A stretch of 31,506 bases of DNA from a virus (IMGVR_UViG_3300044990_000804:1-31506), one strand, 5' to 3'. Positions 1-8,224 are shown, numbered from the stretch's first letter. Numbers and translations: made by a program. Notes: generated by a model not told the origin, from the letters alone.

Positions 1-126
1 GTCCCGTGCGGCGTCCCATGCGGCGGCCCATGCTGTGGCCAATCCGGCGGCCCGTGCGGCGTCCCGTGCGGTGGCCAATCCGGCGGCCCGTGCGGCGTCC
101 CATGCGGCGTCCCATGCGGCGGCCAA
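1..126. repeat. Terminal direct repeat, left copy (probable circular assembly overlap)
   Basis: Identical to 31381-31506 except position 34 (T versus G at 31414). Confidence 0.92.
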
Positions 127-350
127 TCCGGCGGCCCGTGCGGCGTCCCGTGCGGTGGCCAATCCGGCGGCCCGTGCGGCGTCCCATGCGGCGTCCCATG
201 CGGCGGCCCATGCGGCGGCCAATCCGGCGGCCCGTGCGGCGTCCAACTCGTCGCTTGTGGCGGCCCATGCGGCGTCCAACTCGTCGCTTGTGGCGGCCCA
301 TGCGGCGTCCAATCCGGCGGCCAATCCGGCGGCCAACTCGTCGCTTGTGG
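1..350. repeat. GC-rich in-frame coding tandem repeat built from 9/12-nt units, with higher-order 84-bp (37-120/121-204) and 33-bp (241-273/274-306) duplications
   Basis: Units such as gcggcgtcccat, gcggcccgt and gcggccaatccg; the minus strand reads [19 protein letters not shown] repeats. Confidence 0.92.
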
Positions 351-630
351 CTTTTCCATTAGCAAACCGTTCCGCCACTTCAACCGCGTTTTTGCTCCGT
401 TGATCGGCCAATAAGTGCCACACTTGCCGGACACACCAGCAGGCAAACAAGCGCAAAGTTTTATCATCTAAAACGCCGTCCTGCGTGGCAATCCATATCC
501 GCCATTCCGGTTTGATGTCATCCCGTTTCCATAACGCTCCCATCGTTTTTGCGCCCGTATTAATAGCCCATAGCCGACCGTCAACGCACGCGCCATGCTT
601 ATCGCAAAAATCAATAACGCTAATCTGCAT
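1..630 (-). CDS. 5' part of an Ala/Trp-repeat phage protein (Imm5-like putative immunity protein type); continues across the junction to 31327, ~227 aa
   Basis: Hand translation from ATG at 630: [22 protein letters not shown]...[43 protein letters not shown] followed by AAWDAARA repeats, open to base 1. Starts 2 nt after the upstream stop. Absent from the ORF track because it wraps. Confidence 0.85.
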   Translation of the reverse strand, partial: MQISVIDFCDKHGACVDGRLWAINTGAKTMGALWKRDDIKPEWRIWIATQDGVLDDKTLRLFACWCVRQVWHLLADQRSKNAVEVAERFANGKATSDELAAGLAAGLDAAWAATSDELDAAWAATSDELDAARAAGLAAAWAAAWDAAWDAARAAGLATARDAARAAGLAAAWDAAWDAARAAGLATARDAARAAGLATAWAAAWDAARD

Positions 631-632
631 TG

Positions 633-1235
633 TTAACCCTCCTTCAATTCATTCAACCGCTTGACCAACTCCTGATATTTCGCCCGGTAGTCGCATCCGT
701 CGTTATTGCTTACGATCTGACGGGCAATCTCGCACAAGGTCGCTTCCGGCCTTATGACGATTTCGTTGCTTGCGTGTCCGGTCGCCGTAATAGGTACCGG
801 CTCCCCGTCGATCCGGCGCACGATTTCGCGGGCGAGTCCGACAAGGTTTATAGGCGCAATTCCGACTTGCTGATTATTGCACATATAAAGATATGCGTAG
901 CCACTACTGGCATTATAGCGAACATCCCAACTTTGAAATTTCACCCCGTCCAACTTTTCCGCAATCGACTTTTCCGGCTTGACGGGCGCAGGGGTAGTCA
1001 ACGGCAATTCGGCTTGCCCCTTTGTCTCCCGGTCGATCAACTCATTGCGCGCCTGTTCGGTTGCCGTGCGGTGGAGGTGGGGGACGCGGGAAATGTCGTC
1101 CTTCAAATAATTCCTGTCACCCTTTTGATTGACGTTAAACCGGACGCCCCATTTGACCATCAGCCGGTGAATATTCCCACCCGGCACCCGACCGCACGCG
1201 CGCGCCGCCTGACTCATTGTTAGCCATTGGTTCAT
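633..1235 (-). CDS. Hypothetical protein with possible N-terminal excisionase/MerR-like HTH
   Basis: [12 protein letters not shown]...IHRLM resembles a winged-HTH start; GGGG-type RBS; packed in the operon. Confidence 0.55.
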   Translation of the reverse strand: MNQWLTMSQAARACGRVPGGNIHRLMVKWGVRFNVNQKGDRNYLKDDISRVPHLHRTATEQARNELIDRETKGQAELPLTTPAPVKPEKSIAEKLDGVKFQSWDVRYNASSGYAYLYMCNNQQVGIAPINLVGLAREIVRRIDGEPVPITATGHASNEIVIRPEATLCEIARQIVSNNDGCDYRAKYQELVKRLNELKEG

Positions 1236-1244
1236 AATACCCCC

Positions 1245-1553
1245 TTAAAACGGTTGTTCATCCTCTGCCTTACCACTAGCCGCCCCGCCGTCCGTTCGTG
1301 CCACTGTGGGCACGCTGGACGGTTTGCCGCTCTGTTTGCCTTCCGGTTGCCACTGGTTAATCGTCCCGTAGTGTGTCTGGCCCTTTTCCGACGGCTTTTT
1401 ACGCTTGCAAATGTCGATATTGATTCCCCCTTGCGCGTCAATGTGGCCGTTAATCTTTTCGATGTCCTCCTTAAAAAGTCGAAAGCCGATGATCTCCCCG
1501 CCGTCCTGAAAGAAGCGGGATTTTCCGGAGCCGATATAAATCTTGTCAGCCAT
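1245..1553 (-). CDS. Putative single-stranded DNA-binding protein
   Basis: Small beta-rich core, flexible linker and acidic C-terminus ending EDEQPF (SSB-type tip); located in the recombination module. Confidence 0.6.
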   Translation of the reverse strand: MADKIYIGSGKSRFFQDGGEIIGFRLFKEDIEKINGHIDAQGGINIDICKRKKPSEKGQTHYGTINQWQPEGKQSGKPSSVPTVARTDGGAASGKAEDEQPF

Positions 1554-1555
1554 GA

Positions 1556-1942
1556 TTATGCGTGCCTTTCTGGTATGGCGATCCGTATCGCCTCGCCAGT
1601 TGCGCTCTTTTTCGAGTTAACAGGAATCAATGTGATTTCCGTCCCGACGTGCGATTGGTCCGGCTCACCACCCGCCGCCGCTTTGTAGGTCCGTAACAGT
1701 CCTGTCGCCTTCCCGTAGTCGTTCGGTTTGGGGATTTGAATATAGGTCGTCCGGCCCGCCGCGTCTTTTTTGTCGAAACAAACGTCCCATGCTTCAGACG
1801 TTCCCGACTGGCAAAATAGCCGCGCCTCTTTCGGTGTTTCCCGCACACCGGCAATGCAAACAGCCACTCGCTTGCCCTTCAAATCTTCGGCGTACAGGCA
1901 CCGTAGATTTTTCCATTCCGCCGCTTTTACTTGGTCCGCCAT
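1556..1942 (-). CDS. Hypothetical recombination-module protein (possible ssDNA-binding or annealing protein)
   Basis: AAGGA RBS; LYAEDLKG motif; lies between the exonuclease and the SSB-like gene, where an annealing protein normally sits. Confidence 0.5.
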   Translation of the reverse strand: MADQVKAAEWKNLRCLYAEDLKGKRVAVCIAGVRETPKEARLFCQSGTSEAWDVCFDKKDAAGRTTYIQIPKPNDYGKATGLLRTYKAAAGGEPDQSHVGTEITLIPVNSKKSATGEAIRIAIPERHA

Positions 1943-1960
1943 GATTACCGTCCTTTCGTT

Positions 1961-2785
1961 TTACAGTTCGCCCAAATCCCCGGCTTCCAAATCGTCACCA
2001 GTGTTTTTATACGCCCATTCCGGCAACTCGATCGGCTCGCTTTCCGTTTGTTGTCCCGGCCATTCGCGCCTAAGTTCACAAGCCCGGTATTTTTCCGCAA
2101 TTTTTCCGGCCTCGATAATACCCATCATTACAGAAGCCTTTGCAATCGGATAAACGGCCACATCATAGGGTGGTTTTGACTCTACAAAGATCCCGTAACA
2201 GTTAGGCAAGTGATCCAATTTCAGAGCGTCCAGTAGCCAGCTATACCAGCCGAACTGAATGTGGTAGCCCATAGATGCGCAAATCCGTTCGATGGATCGG
2301 CGGTCAACTTGTGCGGTGGTTTTCAGGTCGATCAATGACCCTGGCATCCATGCGTCCAAACGTGCGGACACTTTCCCGTATTGTGTAGACTCGGAATACA
2401 ACGCCATTTCGCGCTTTGTTCCGTCCAGTAATTCTACCGCATGGTTGTTTGATAGGACGGAAGCCGCGCACGATTGAGCCTCTAACCATTCCGCCGTTGT
2501 TGTTTGCTCACGGCCTTCCGGTTGTTCGCATAGCCAATTATCGTATTCCTTTCCAGCCTTGCGACCGCCCGTCCAGATTGCCGGTTGTTTATCCGGCTCT
2601 AAAACCGCCATGTGTACCAATCGTCCAAACCGCATACCCGGTGTATCGTCCGAACCTCCCGCCGTCAGGTAGTGGCGCATATGTAGCATGGATTTCAGGT
2701 ATCCGACTTTCAGGGCAGACGCCCGCAGGGTCGCACGTCTGGGCGGTGCCGCAATATCAATTAGGGTGTCAGTTATGCTGTTCAC
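1961..2785 (-). CDS. PD-(D/E)XK exonuclease, RecE/ExoVIII (DUF3799)-like
   Basis: Motifs MRFGRLVHMAVLEP, ARLD, LIDLKTT, GYHIQFGWY, FVESKPPY. Confidence 0.88.
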   Translation of the reverse strand: MNSITDTLIDIAAPPRRATLRASALKVGYLKSMLHMRHYLTAGGSDDTPGMRFGRLVHMAVLEPDKQPAIWTGGRKAGKEYDNWLCEQPEGREQTTTAEWLEAQSCAASVLSNNHAVELLDGTKREMALYSESTQYGKVSARLDAWMPGSLIDLKTTAQVDRRSIERICASMGYHIQFGWYSWLLDALKLDHLPNCYGIFVESKPPYDVAVYPIAKASVMMGIIEAGKIAEKYRACELRREWPGQQTESEPIELPEWAYKNTGDDLEAGDLGEL

Positions 2786-2919
2786 TTTATCACCCGCTCA
2801 ATCCATTCAGGCACATCCCGCCGAACTGCCGACGGCCATACAGCCGCAATGACGGCCACCAGTACGGCCAATAGTCCGCCCATTAATGCCATCCCGATAT
2901 AATCCGTGTATCCGTTCAT
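2782..2919 (-). CDS. 45-aa single-pass membrane protein (not in ORF track)
   Basis: MNGYTDYIGMALMGGLLAVLVAVIAAVWPSAVRRDVPEWIERVIK; GGAGG RBS; its stop overlaps the GTG of the next gene (GTGA). Confidence 0.7.
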   Translation of the reverse strand: MNGYTDYIGMALMGGLLAVLVAVIAAVWPSAVRRDVPEWIERVIK

Positions 2920-2964
2920 CCTATATCCCTCCCCCGGATTACCCGCCGGGTCGGGGTGGGGGGT

Positions 2965-3102
2965 TTAACGGCAAAGTTTACGCACGACTGAATAATGACG
3001 CTTCCATTGTTGGCGGGGAGTTCCCCAAACGTCTTTTCGCTGTATTGCAAAGCTCTGGATTGCTTCAATCGCCATAATTCCAAAAAACATTGATTTATTC
3101 AT
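2965..3102 (-). CDS. 45-aa basic first early protein (not in ORF track)
   Basis: MNKSMFFGIMAIEAIQSFAIQRKDVWGTPRQQWKRHYSVVRKLCR; GGAGG upstream; alternative GTG start at 3105; first ORF after the leftward promoter. Confidence 0.6.
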   Translation of the reverse strand: MNKSMFFGIMAIEAIQSFAIQRKDVWGTPRQQWKRHYSVVRKLCR

Positions 3103-3147
3103 CACTTTCCCGCCCTCCGTTGTTTGGTTTCCCGCTTGCATGGATAT

Positions 3148-3176
3148 AGAATGACATAATAGCGGCTATTTGTAAA
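3148..3176 (-). promoter_or_regulatory. Leftward early sigma70-like promoter with an operator-like palindrome in its spacer
   Basis: TTTACA-17-CATTCT with extended TG; perfect inverted repeat AATAGC-G-GCTATT at 3158-3170 inside the spacer. Confidence 0.6.
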
Positions 3177-3263
3177 GCCTGGTTTTTAAGTTTTTTTATA
3201 AGGAACTTCGCCTAATATAATCAAGGTGTTTATTGCGCTTTCGATAGGCGGAATAAATAGTTA

Positions 3264-3292
3264 TTGAATAAGCGGCTATTAATTGATACAGC
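3264..3292 (+). promoter_or_regulatory. Possible rightward promoter carrying a second copy of the operator-like site
   Basis: TTGAAT-17-TACAGC with extended TG; AATAAGCGGCTATT at 3267-3280 shares AGCGGCTATT with the first site. Confidence 0.4.
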
Positions 3293-3306
3293 TTGCGCGT
3301 CGGCAA
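3287..3306 (+). repeat. 20-bp direct repeat, copy 1 (TACAGCTTGCGCGTCGGCAA)
   Basis: Exact match to 8661-8680; 23/24 when extended 4 nt leftwards. Confidence 0.85.
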
Positions 3307-3333
3307 AAATAGCAACAAAGAAAAGGCGGGATT

Positions 3334-3594
3334 ATGAAAACGCGAAAGCTGAGGGTCGTTTGGGTCTGCCCGTGTTGCGGCAAACTGAAAGGCGCAGGTC
3401 ATTTCGCCTGTGGTTCCGGGCGGCTCGGCGGGCTGAACGGTCGCGGGGTCAAAAAGCCGAGAAAACAAACCCGCATGGCCAATCTGCCCGTTGTGCAAAA
3501 AGCAATTAATCCCGATACAAATGGACATACCGCCGAGCCGCCCGTGCGCTCGACGCCTTGCGCTTGCACCAGGGCACCCAACCGCCCAGCCTGA
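3334..3594 (+). CDS. Small basic Cys-containing protein, the only plausible plus-strand gene; candidate regulator
   Basis: AAGGCGGG RBS then ATG; CPCCG...H..C and GRLGGLNGRGVKK; divergent from the early operon; 3' end overlaps the convergent gene by 89 nt. Confidence 0.5.
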   Translation: MKTRKLRVVWVCPCCGKLKGAGHFACGSGRLGGLNGRGVKKPRKQTRMANLPVVQKAINPDTNGHTAEPPVRSTPCACTRAPNRPA

Positions 3595-3916
3595 CGGCGG
3601 AATAGATAACCGATGACCGGACAACCCCCGCGCCGTAAAACCGCAATAGGTAGTAAAGAATTTGGTCTGCCTCTTTGCGGGTTAACAGTTTTGATAAATA
3701 CAGCGCATCATGGATTAGATATCCGACCATGCAAATAATGGTCAATGGATGACCCACCCAGAACCATGCCCGTTTTGGTATGCTTCCAAAATCGCAAGCA
3801 AACCCTTTAATTATTCGGATCAAACCGACGCTTGGAATGAGTATTTCAAAAGTTTCATACAGCTCCCATAAATCGGAATTGTTATGTGGCGTGATTATTG
3901 GGTAGTGCTTTATCAT
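3506..3916 (-). CDS. DUF1353-like phage protein
   Basis: GFACDFGSIPK, LIHDALY, RKEADQIL and YSAVRLGG match the family pattern as I recall it. Confidence 0.85.
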   Translation of the reverse strand: MIKHYPIITPHNNSDLWELYETFEILIPSVGLIRIIKGFACDFGSIPKRAWFWVGHPLTIICMVGYLIHDALYLSKLLTRKEADQILYYLLRFYGAGVVRSSVIYSAVRLGGWVPWCKRKASSARAARRYVHLYRD

Positions 3917-4215
3917 CCGATAAACTCACGCCTAGCCGCGCATATTTCGCACACGTTGCTACAGTACCGCTTAAAACTGCCAAGATGCCCTACGGTCAAA
4001 TGACAACGGCGGCACAGTCCTATCATGTTCAACGGCTCGCTCGCCCGTTGTGGGGCAACGTGGACCGGCTGGATGTGGTGTACCTCGATTGACCCACCGC
4101 CACACCACGCGCAAACGGGATTCGCCCGTGCGAAATTACGCATGGCCGCGATGACTTCCCGCGCTTTTCGGGGGGCGGTGAATAGGCGCGGGTTCCGCCA
4201 CAGGAACGCAATCAC
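3913..4215 (-). CDS. Small HNH endonuclease
   Basis: CAWCG...EVHHIQP...NMIGLCRRCH. Confidence 0.9.
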   Translation of the reverse strand: MIAFLWRNPRLFTAPRKAREVIAAMRNFARANPVCAWCGGGSIEVHHIQPVHVAPQRASEPLNMIGLCRRCHLTVGHLGSFKRYCSNVCEICAARREFIG

Positions 4216-4880
4216 GGGGTAACGATGGCTGGTTCGGTCACGATGATATCGTTATGCGAGCCGTCAACCACAATCGGCCCATCAATGGCCGTGGCGGGGA
4301 CCGTGACGCTGTTGTATTGGCCGGACACTTGGACAGAGGTAGTAGGCTTTGACGCGCTGGCGGGTGTCTGGGTGGCCTTCTTTTCATCGCTAGACCCTCC
4401 GCCTAAAAGCTCCTGCGCCTGATCGACAAGGCTTGCGGCCTCTCCGCTGGCAATCAAAGCCGCCGCCGTGCCGGTCAAAATGTAGGTCCAGGGGTTTGCC
4501 TTTACGTTTGCGGCTGTATTGCTACCGATTTGCCGGACAACTTCGGCGGGTTTGGCATACCATTTCGTGCCTTCCAGCCGTTTCCAATCCATCGCGGCAA
4601 TGTCAACAATGAAGCGCGGATTGCCATCGGGACCGACTTGGACCTCGACGCCGCCTTGCTTTGGGCTTTCAATAGCCGGAACGGTAGCCGGGACCGCCGC
4701 AACATCCGCCGCCGTGCCACTGGCAATCGGAACAACGTCCCCCACCTTCGGAACGTCTTGCGCGAATAGGGACGCCACGCCGCACAGAAACATCAGGGCA
4801 ATCAAAATCCAAACCGCCGTTGGGATGTACCCGTAATCGTCTGATTGAACCGCCGAAAATCTGCTAAAGTTACTGTTCAT
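4212..4880 (-). CDS. Exported or membrane protein, 222 aa (start corrected from 5018)
   Basis: ATGA overlap with the upstream stop and GGAGG RBS; hydrophobic segment ending SLFA|QD; second hydrophobic segment PWTYILTGTAAALIASG. Confidence 0.7.
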   Translation of the reverse strand: MNSNFSRFSAVQSDDYGYIPTAVWILIALMFLCGVASLFAQDVPKVGDVVPIASGTAADVAAVPATVPAIESPKQGGVEVQVGPDGNPRFIVDIAAMDWKRLEGTKWYAKPAEVVRQIGSNTAANVKANPWTYILTGTAAALIASGEAASLVDQAQELLGGGSSDEKKATQTPASASKPTTSVQVSGQYNSVTVPATAIDGPIVVDGSHNDIIVTEPAIVTP

Positions 4881-5149
4881 TTCCCGCCCTCCATATTTTC
4901 CGACACTGTTTTTTCCTGCCGCTTTTTGGCCGCGCTCAAGCCCACTGACAGGGCTATCCCGCTTGTTCCTACTACCGCCAAAAGAAAGCCCGTCCATTGG
5001 TCCCGGCTGATACCCCACACGTCAAGGGTTGCGCGGATCTCCCGCCAATAGTTAGCCGATACCCAAATGCCAAGACAAAAGCCGCCGATAACGCCGGACC
5101 ATTTTTTGAATTGGGTAGATCCAATCATCCATGATAAGAGGCTGTTCAT
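4877..5149 (-). CDS. Holin-like membrane protein (2 TM, basic C-terminal region)
   Basis: 90 aa, two hydrophobic helices, AAKKRQEK tail, late-operon position. Confidence 0.55.
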   Translation of the reverse strand: MNSLLSWMIGSTQFKKWSGVIGGFCLGIWVSANYWREIRATLDVWGISRDQWTGFLLAVVGTSGIALSVGLSAAKKRQEKTVSENMEGGK

Positions 5150-5490
5150 TTTGCGCCTTTTTTCTTTTGCTTTATGCAGTCAACTATTTGGATGCTGGTA
5201 TTAAGACACTCTATGGCAATGGCGGTTTTCAAATGCGCGCTCGCGTGTGCGGTCAAAATTTTTGTGAGACTCCAAAACATCCACGCGGCAAAAGCAGTTG
5301 ACGCAATAGCGACCGATGCAAAAAGGGTCACAACGTCCCATCGTCCGGCGACTTCTACAGTCCTTTGGATTTCGTCGAGCGGCAATACCCCGGCAATGAC
5401 TGTGCCGGTGCAGGACACAATCATCAAAATGGCGACAAGTTTGAAATGGATTGGGTCAAGTCGGCAAATATATCGTTCGCAAAAACTCAT
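5146..5490 (-). CDS. Holin-like membrane protein (2 TM)
   Basis: 114 aa, two hydrophobic segments, KQKKKGAK tail. Confidence 0.5.
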   Translation of the reverse strand: MSFCERYICRLDPIHFKLVAILMIVSCTGTVIAGVLPLDEIQRTVEVAGRWDVVTLFASVAIASTAFAAWMFWSLTKILTAHASAHLKTAIAIECLNTSIQIVDCIKQKKKGAK

Positions 5491-5491
5491 C

Positions 5492-5638
5492 TTAATGCCC
5501 TTTACACATTTTGAACAACCATGTTAAACCCAAAATTGCGCCGCACGGGATGATGACGCCGAATAACAGTCCAAAAGATAGTGCCTTGCCAAACGCCACG
5601 CCTTCGATTTCGCGATCGGTTGTCGGTTCGGTCATCAT
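5492..5638 (-). CDS. 48-aa single-pass membrane protein with Met-Met start (not in ORF track)
   Basis: MMTEPTTDREIEGVAFGKALSFGLLFGVIIPCGAILGLTWLFKMCKGH; ATGA overlap upstream and a 1-nt gap downstream, filling the interval exactly. Confidence 0.7.
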   Translation of the reverse strand: MMTEPTTDREIEGVAFGKALSFGLLFGVIIPCGAILGLTWLFKMCKGH

Positions 5639-6429
5639 CTGGGTGGTCCTTTTGCGTAAATTGCCAACACATCCACAGTGCTAAGCGCGTAACTAAAAAC
5701 CTGCAATCCTCCGATTGATCCGTAAAAATTAGTTAGCGAGCTAGTTGGAAGGGTGCGTTGTCCGATGACGGGAAGTACACCGGAAGATATGTTTCCGACC
5801 GCTGTAATGGTTCCTGAACTATTGGTTATTCCATTGACAAAAAAGCGCGCAAAATTATTGGGTCTATCTACTGTTACAGCCACATGGAACCATGATCCAG
5901 TTGTCAACACAGCCGAAGACTGAATTAAAAATATCGGAGTACCCGCTAGATGATTTATCGAAAAAACAAATGCATTAGTAACCGTTCCGAGACTGTATCC
6001 ACCAGCCGAAGGACTAACCCTTTTATCCAATATCAAGCGGTTATTCTCCACGGTCAACGGCTTGACCCATGCCGAAATCGAAAAATTGCCTATACCGAAA
6101 TTAAACTCATTGGAACTCGAAAGCGTGATTGAGTCGTTTATTCCGTCGAAATATAGCGAGCCGTCAGATTGATAGATAGGGCGGTTTGTCGGATTGGTTT
6201 GCAGTCCAATAGGCGAATGCGTTTTTGCGCCATTGGCTACCGTCCACGTCTCGTATCTATTCGGATTGTCCCCCGTAATTCCCCAGAAAACGGAATTTGT
6301 ATAAACTGAATTTGGGATGGATCTTAAATTAAACACACCATAATTAGGAGCACACCACAATCGTTGGTCCTCTGCCATACAAGTAAATGCACAAAGAAGG
6401 AATCCAGCTATCAGGTTACGGGAAAACAT
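5635..6429 (-). CDS. LamG/concanavalin A-like lectin-domain protein with signal peptide (putative receptor-binding or accessory virion protein)
   Basis: LYFDGIND, FSISAWVKP, WFHVAVT, FFVNG, FYGSIGGLQVFSYALS; leader MFSRNLIAGFLLCAFTCMA|ED. Confidence 0.88.
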   Translation of the reverse strand: MFSRNLIAGFLLCAFTCMAEDQRLWCAPNYGVFNLRSIPNSVYTNSVFWGITGDNPNRYETWTVANGAKTHSPIGLQTNPTNRPIYQSDGSLYFDGINDSITLSSSNEFNFGIGNFSISAWVKPLTVENNRLILDKRVSPSAGGYSLGTVTNAFVFSINHLAGTPIFLIQSSAVLTTGSWFHVAVTVDRPNNFARFFVNGITNSSGTITAVGNISSGVLPVIGQRTLPTSSLTNFYGSIGGLQVFSYALSTVDVLAIYAKGPPR

Positions 6430-8224
6430 AATTTGTCCCCTGAATCGAAAAGGTGAAATTGCTGGCAGTCATAATCATGCGGTTGGTGTACCCGCCGACA
6501 ATCCACCGGACGGTTCCGGTCGTAAAATCAAGATTGTAACCATCAATATAAGGGGGAGCCGTCGCCGGATTGGTAGCCCATTGAGTTACCGCCGCGTTCG
6601 CAATATTCGTCACCTGCAACGCCGTCACCCCGCCCGTCGATGTGCCGCCCGTGCCGGGGGTAAACGGAACCCATTTAATCACCCCGGCGTCATTGGTAAG
6701 GGCGTGATAGCCGGACCCAGACGCGCCGATGGTATTGGTGGCGAGATTGCGGTATGCGAGGTCGGCGGTCGCGTCTAGGGCGTTGGTGGGGATGGAGTTC
6801 AATCGCGCAACCGGCACAAATCCGGCAGAACTCATCAACTGATAGCCGTAAATTTGAAGGGATAGCGGATTGGTATTTCCGCCGCTTCCGAGTTGAATTG
6901 CGTCGATTCGCGTTCCCGTAAGGGTCCCGTCATCTGTCGCAAATGCGTTTTTACCACCAGCAAACCCATCGCCCGCTTTAGCACTTTTACCGACTGCCCC
7001 GCCATCGTCTGATGCTGCGCCATCTCCAACAGACCCGCCGTCAAAAGCAACCGCCTGCCATCCAGCCGCCCCTCCGTACCGCGCAACCGCACCAAGTCCG
7101 ATCCCCCCACCCTGTCCTATATTTTCCGGAGACGTACCACCATAAAAGCCACCATCAGCCGAAACTCCGTGCCCTGATCCTGCGTGCGCCGTCGCATTGG
7201 TGTATCCCGGCGTTGTGGTTAGTACCGCCGCATCCGCTTTCGCGAGGCTTTGAGTGGTAGCATCCGACAGCGCAATAAAGACCGCCCCGGTAGTCAACCC
7301 GACATTCACAAGCCCGCCCGTGCCCGTTACGCTGGCCACATTCCCGCCGCCTGTGCCGCCCGTGCCGCCGCCGAAAAGGTTTGTCCCAACCGTCAGCACG
7401 CCACCCGCTATCGTCGGCCCGTCCTGCGCCCCGTAGACCGCGCCGGTGATCGACGCAAGATACGCGGGGTCGTCTGTTGGAACATATCCCGATAGTAAAT
7501 TAGAAACTCCCGCCGCACTTCCAGCCGGATCAAAGGCCGCTGGATTGGTCAAGGCGCCGACAAGTCGCTGGTCGTTCGTGAGGGTGTAATTCGCAAAATT
7601 GGCCGACAGTTGCGCCTCCGCCTGTTGCGCCCTGTTCGTTTCCGCTACGATGGCGGCTCTGGCTGTTAAATCAGGTGCTTCCGATCCTTGCGACTTCAAA
7701 ACGCCGTTGTCCCAAATTAGGGTTACGTTATCAATCGCGTTGGTTAATATCCACGGCGCATTGACCGGCGTATAAATAGCAAAGTCGATATTGGTCGAAA
7801 GTTGCGCCGGACCCACCCCCGCCGCGTATGGCGACCTGATTAACTGAAAAACGCCCTGCCGATAAACCACCGGCTTGCCGTTCGTTTTTGCGCCCGCTTC
7901 ATAAATAAAATAACCGTTCGCGTTTAATGACTCTTGGCTAAATGTGGCGTTGAAAAATCCCTGTGTTGAATTTACAACCGCACAAGCCGCCGTCATAATT
8001 CCGCTTGCGTTTGTTCCGCTCGACCAAGAAAAGAACGGCGTCATACCCGTTATGTTCGCCGCATTGGTGCCGTTCTTAAGATATACCGGGATTGTGATTT
8101 CGTTCGCCTGATAATACTGAAGCGTTGGGGCGGTCGTTTCGTAGCTGTTAATCGTGATCGGCTTGATTACTTGCCCGAATACGATAAACGGAAGGAAGGT
8201 AAAAAGGCTAATTATCATTTTCAT
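6416..8224 (-). CDS. Putative tail fibre/adhesin with signal peptide; BppU-like N-terminal domain and Gly-rich YadA-head-like repeats
   Basis: Leader MKMIISLFTFLPFIVFG|QV; G/A/T/N-rich; coiled segment AIVAETNRAQQAEAQL; distal tail position; AAGGA RBS. Confidence 0.7.
   Translation of the reverse strand: MKMIISLFTFLPFIVFGQVIKPITINSYETTAPTLQYYQANEITIPVYLKNGTNAANITGMTPFFSWSSGTNASGIMTAACAVVNSTQGFFNATFSQESLNANGYFIYEAGAKTNGKPVVYRQGVFQLIRSPYAAGVGPAQLSTNIDFAIYTPVNAPWILTNAIDNVTLIWDNGVLKSQGSEAPDLTARAAIVAETNRAQQAEAQLSANFANYTLTNDQRLVGALTNPAAFDPAGSAAGVSNLLSGYVPTDDPAYLASITGAVYGAQDGPTIAGGVLTVGTNLFGGGTGGTGGGNVASVTGTGGLVNVGLTTGAVFIALSDATTQSLAKADAAVLTTTPGYTNATAHAGSGHGVSADGGFYGGTSPENIGQGGGIGLGAVARYGGAAGWQAVAFDGGSVGDGAASDDGGAVGKSAKAGDGFAGGKNAFATDDGTLTGTRIDAIQLGSGGNTNPLSLQIYGYQLMSSAGFVPVARLNSIPTNALDATADLAYRNLATNTIGASGSGYHALTNDAGVIKWVPFTPGTGGTSTGGVTALQVTNIANAAVTQWATNPATAPPYIDGYNLDFTTGTVRWIVGGYTNRMIMTASNFTFSIQGTNYVFP

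Noticed and set aside
1-350. Repeat array as a CRISPR or other guide array
   Set aside because: No constant repeat with unique spacers; units are codon multiples forming an open minus-strand frame; no cas-like genes.
6-403. Plus-strand ORFs 6-362 (RRPMRRP) and 35-403 (AARAAS)
   Set aside because: Shadows of the GC-rich repeat; the minus-strand frame has a proper start, a globular N-terminal domain and operon context.
3196-3624. Alternative ORFs 3196-3624(-), 3264-3509(+) and 3399-3581(-)
   Set aside because: They overlap the control region or better-supported genes and lack a clear RBS; 3334-3594(+) is preferred, though itself uncertain.
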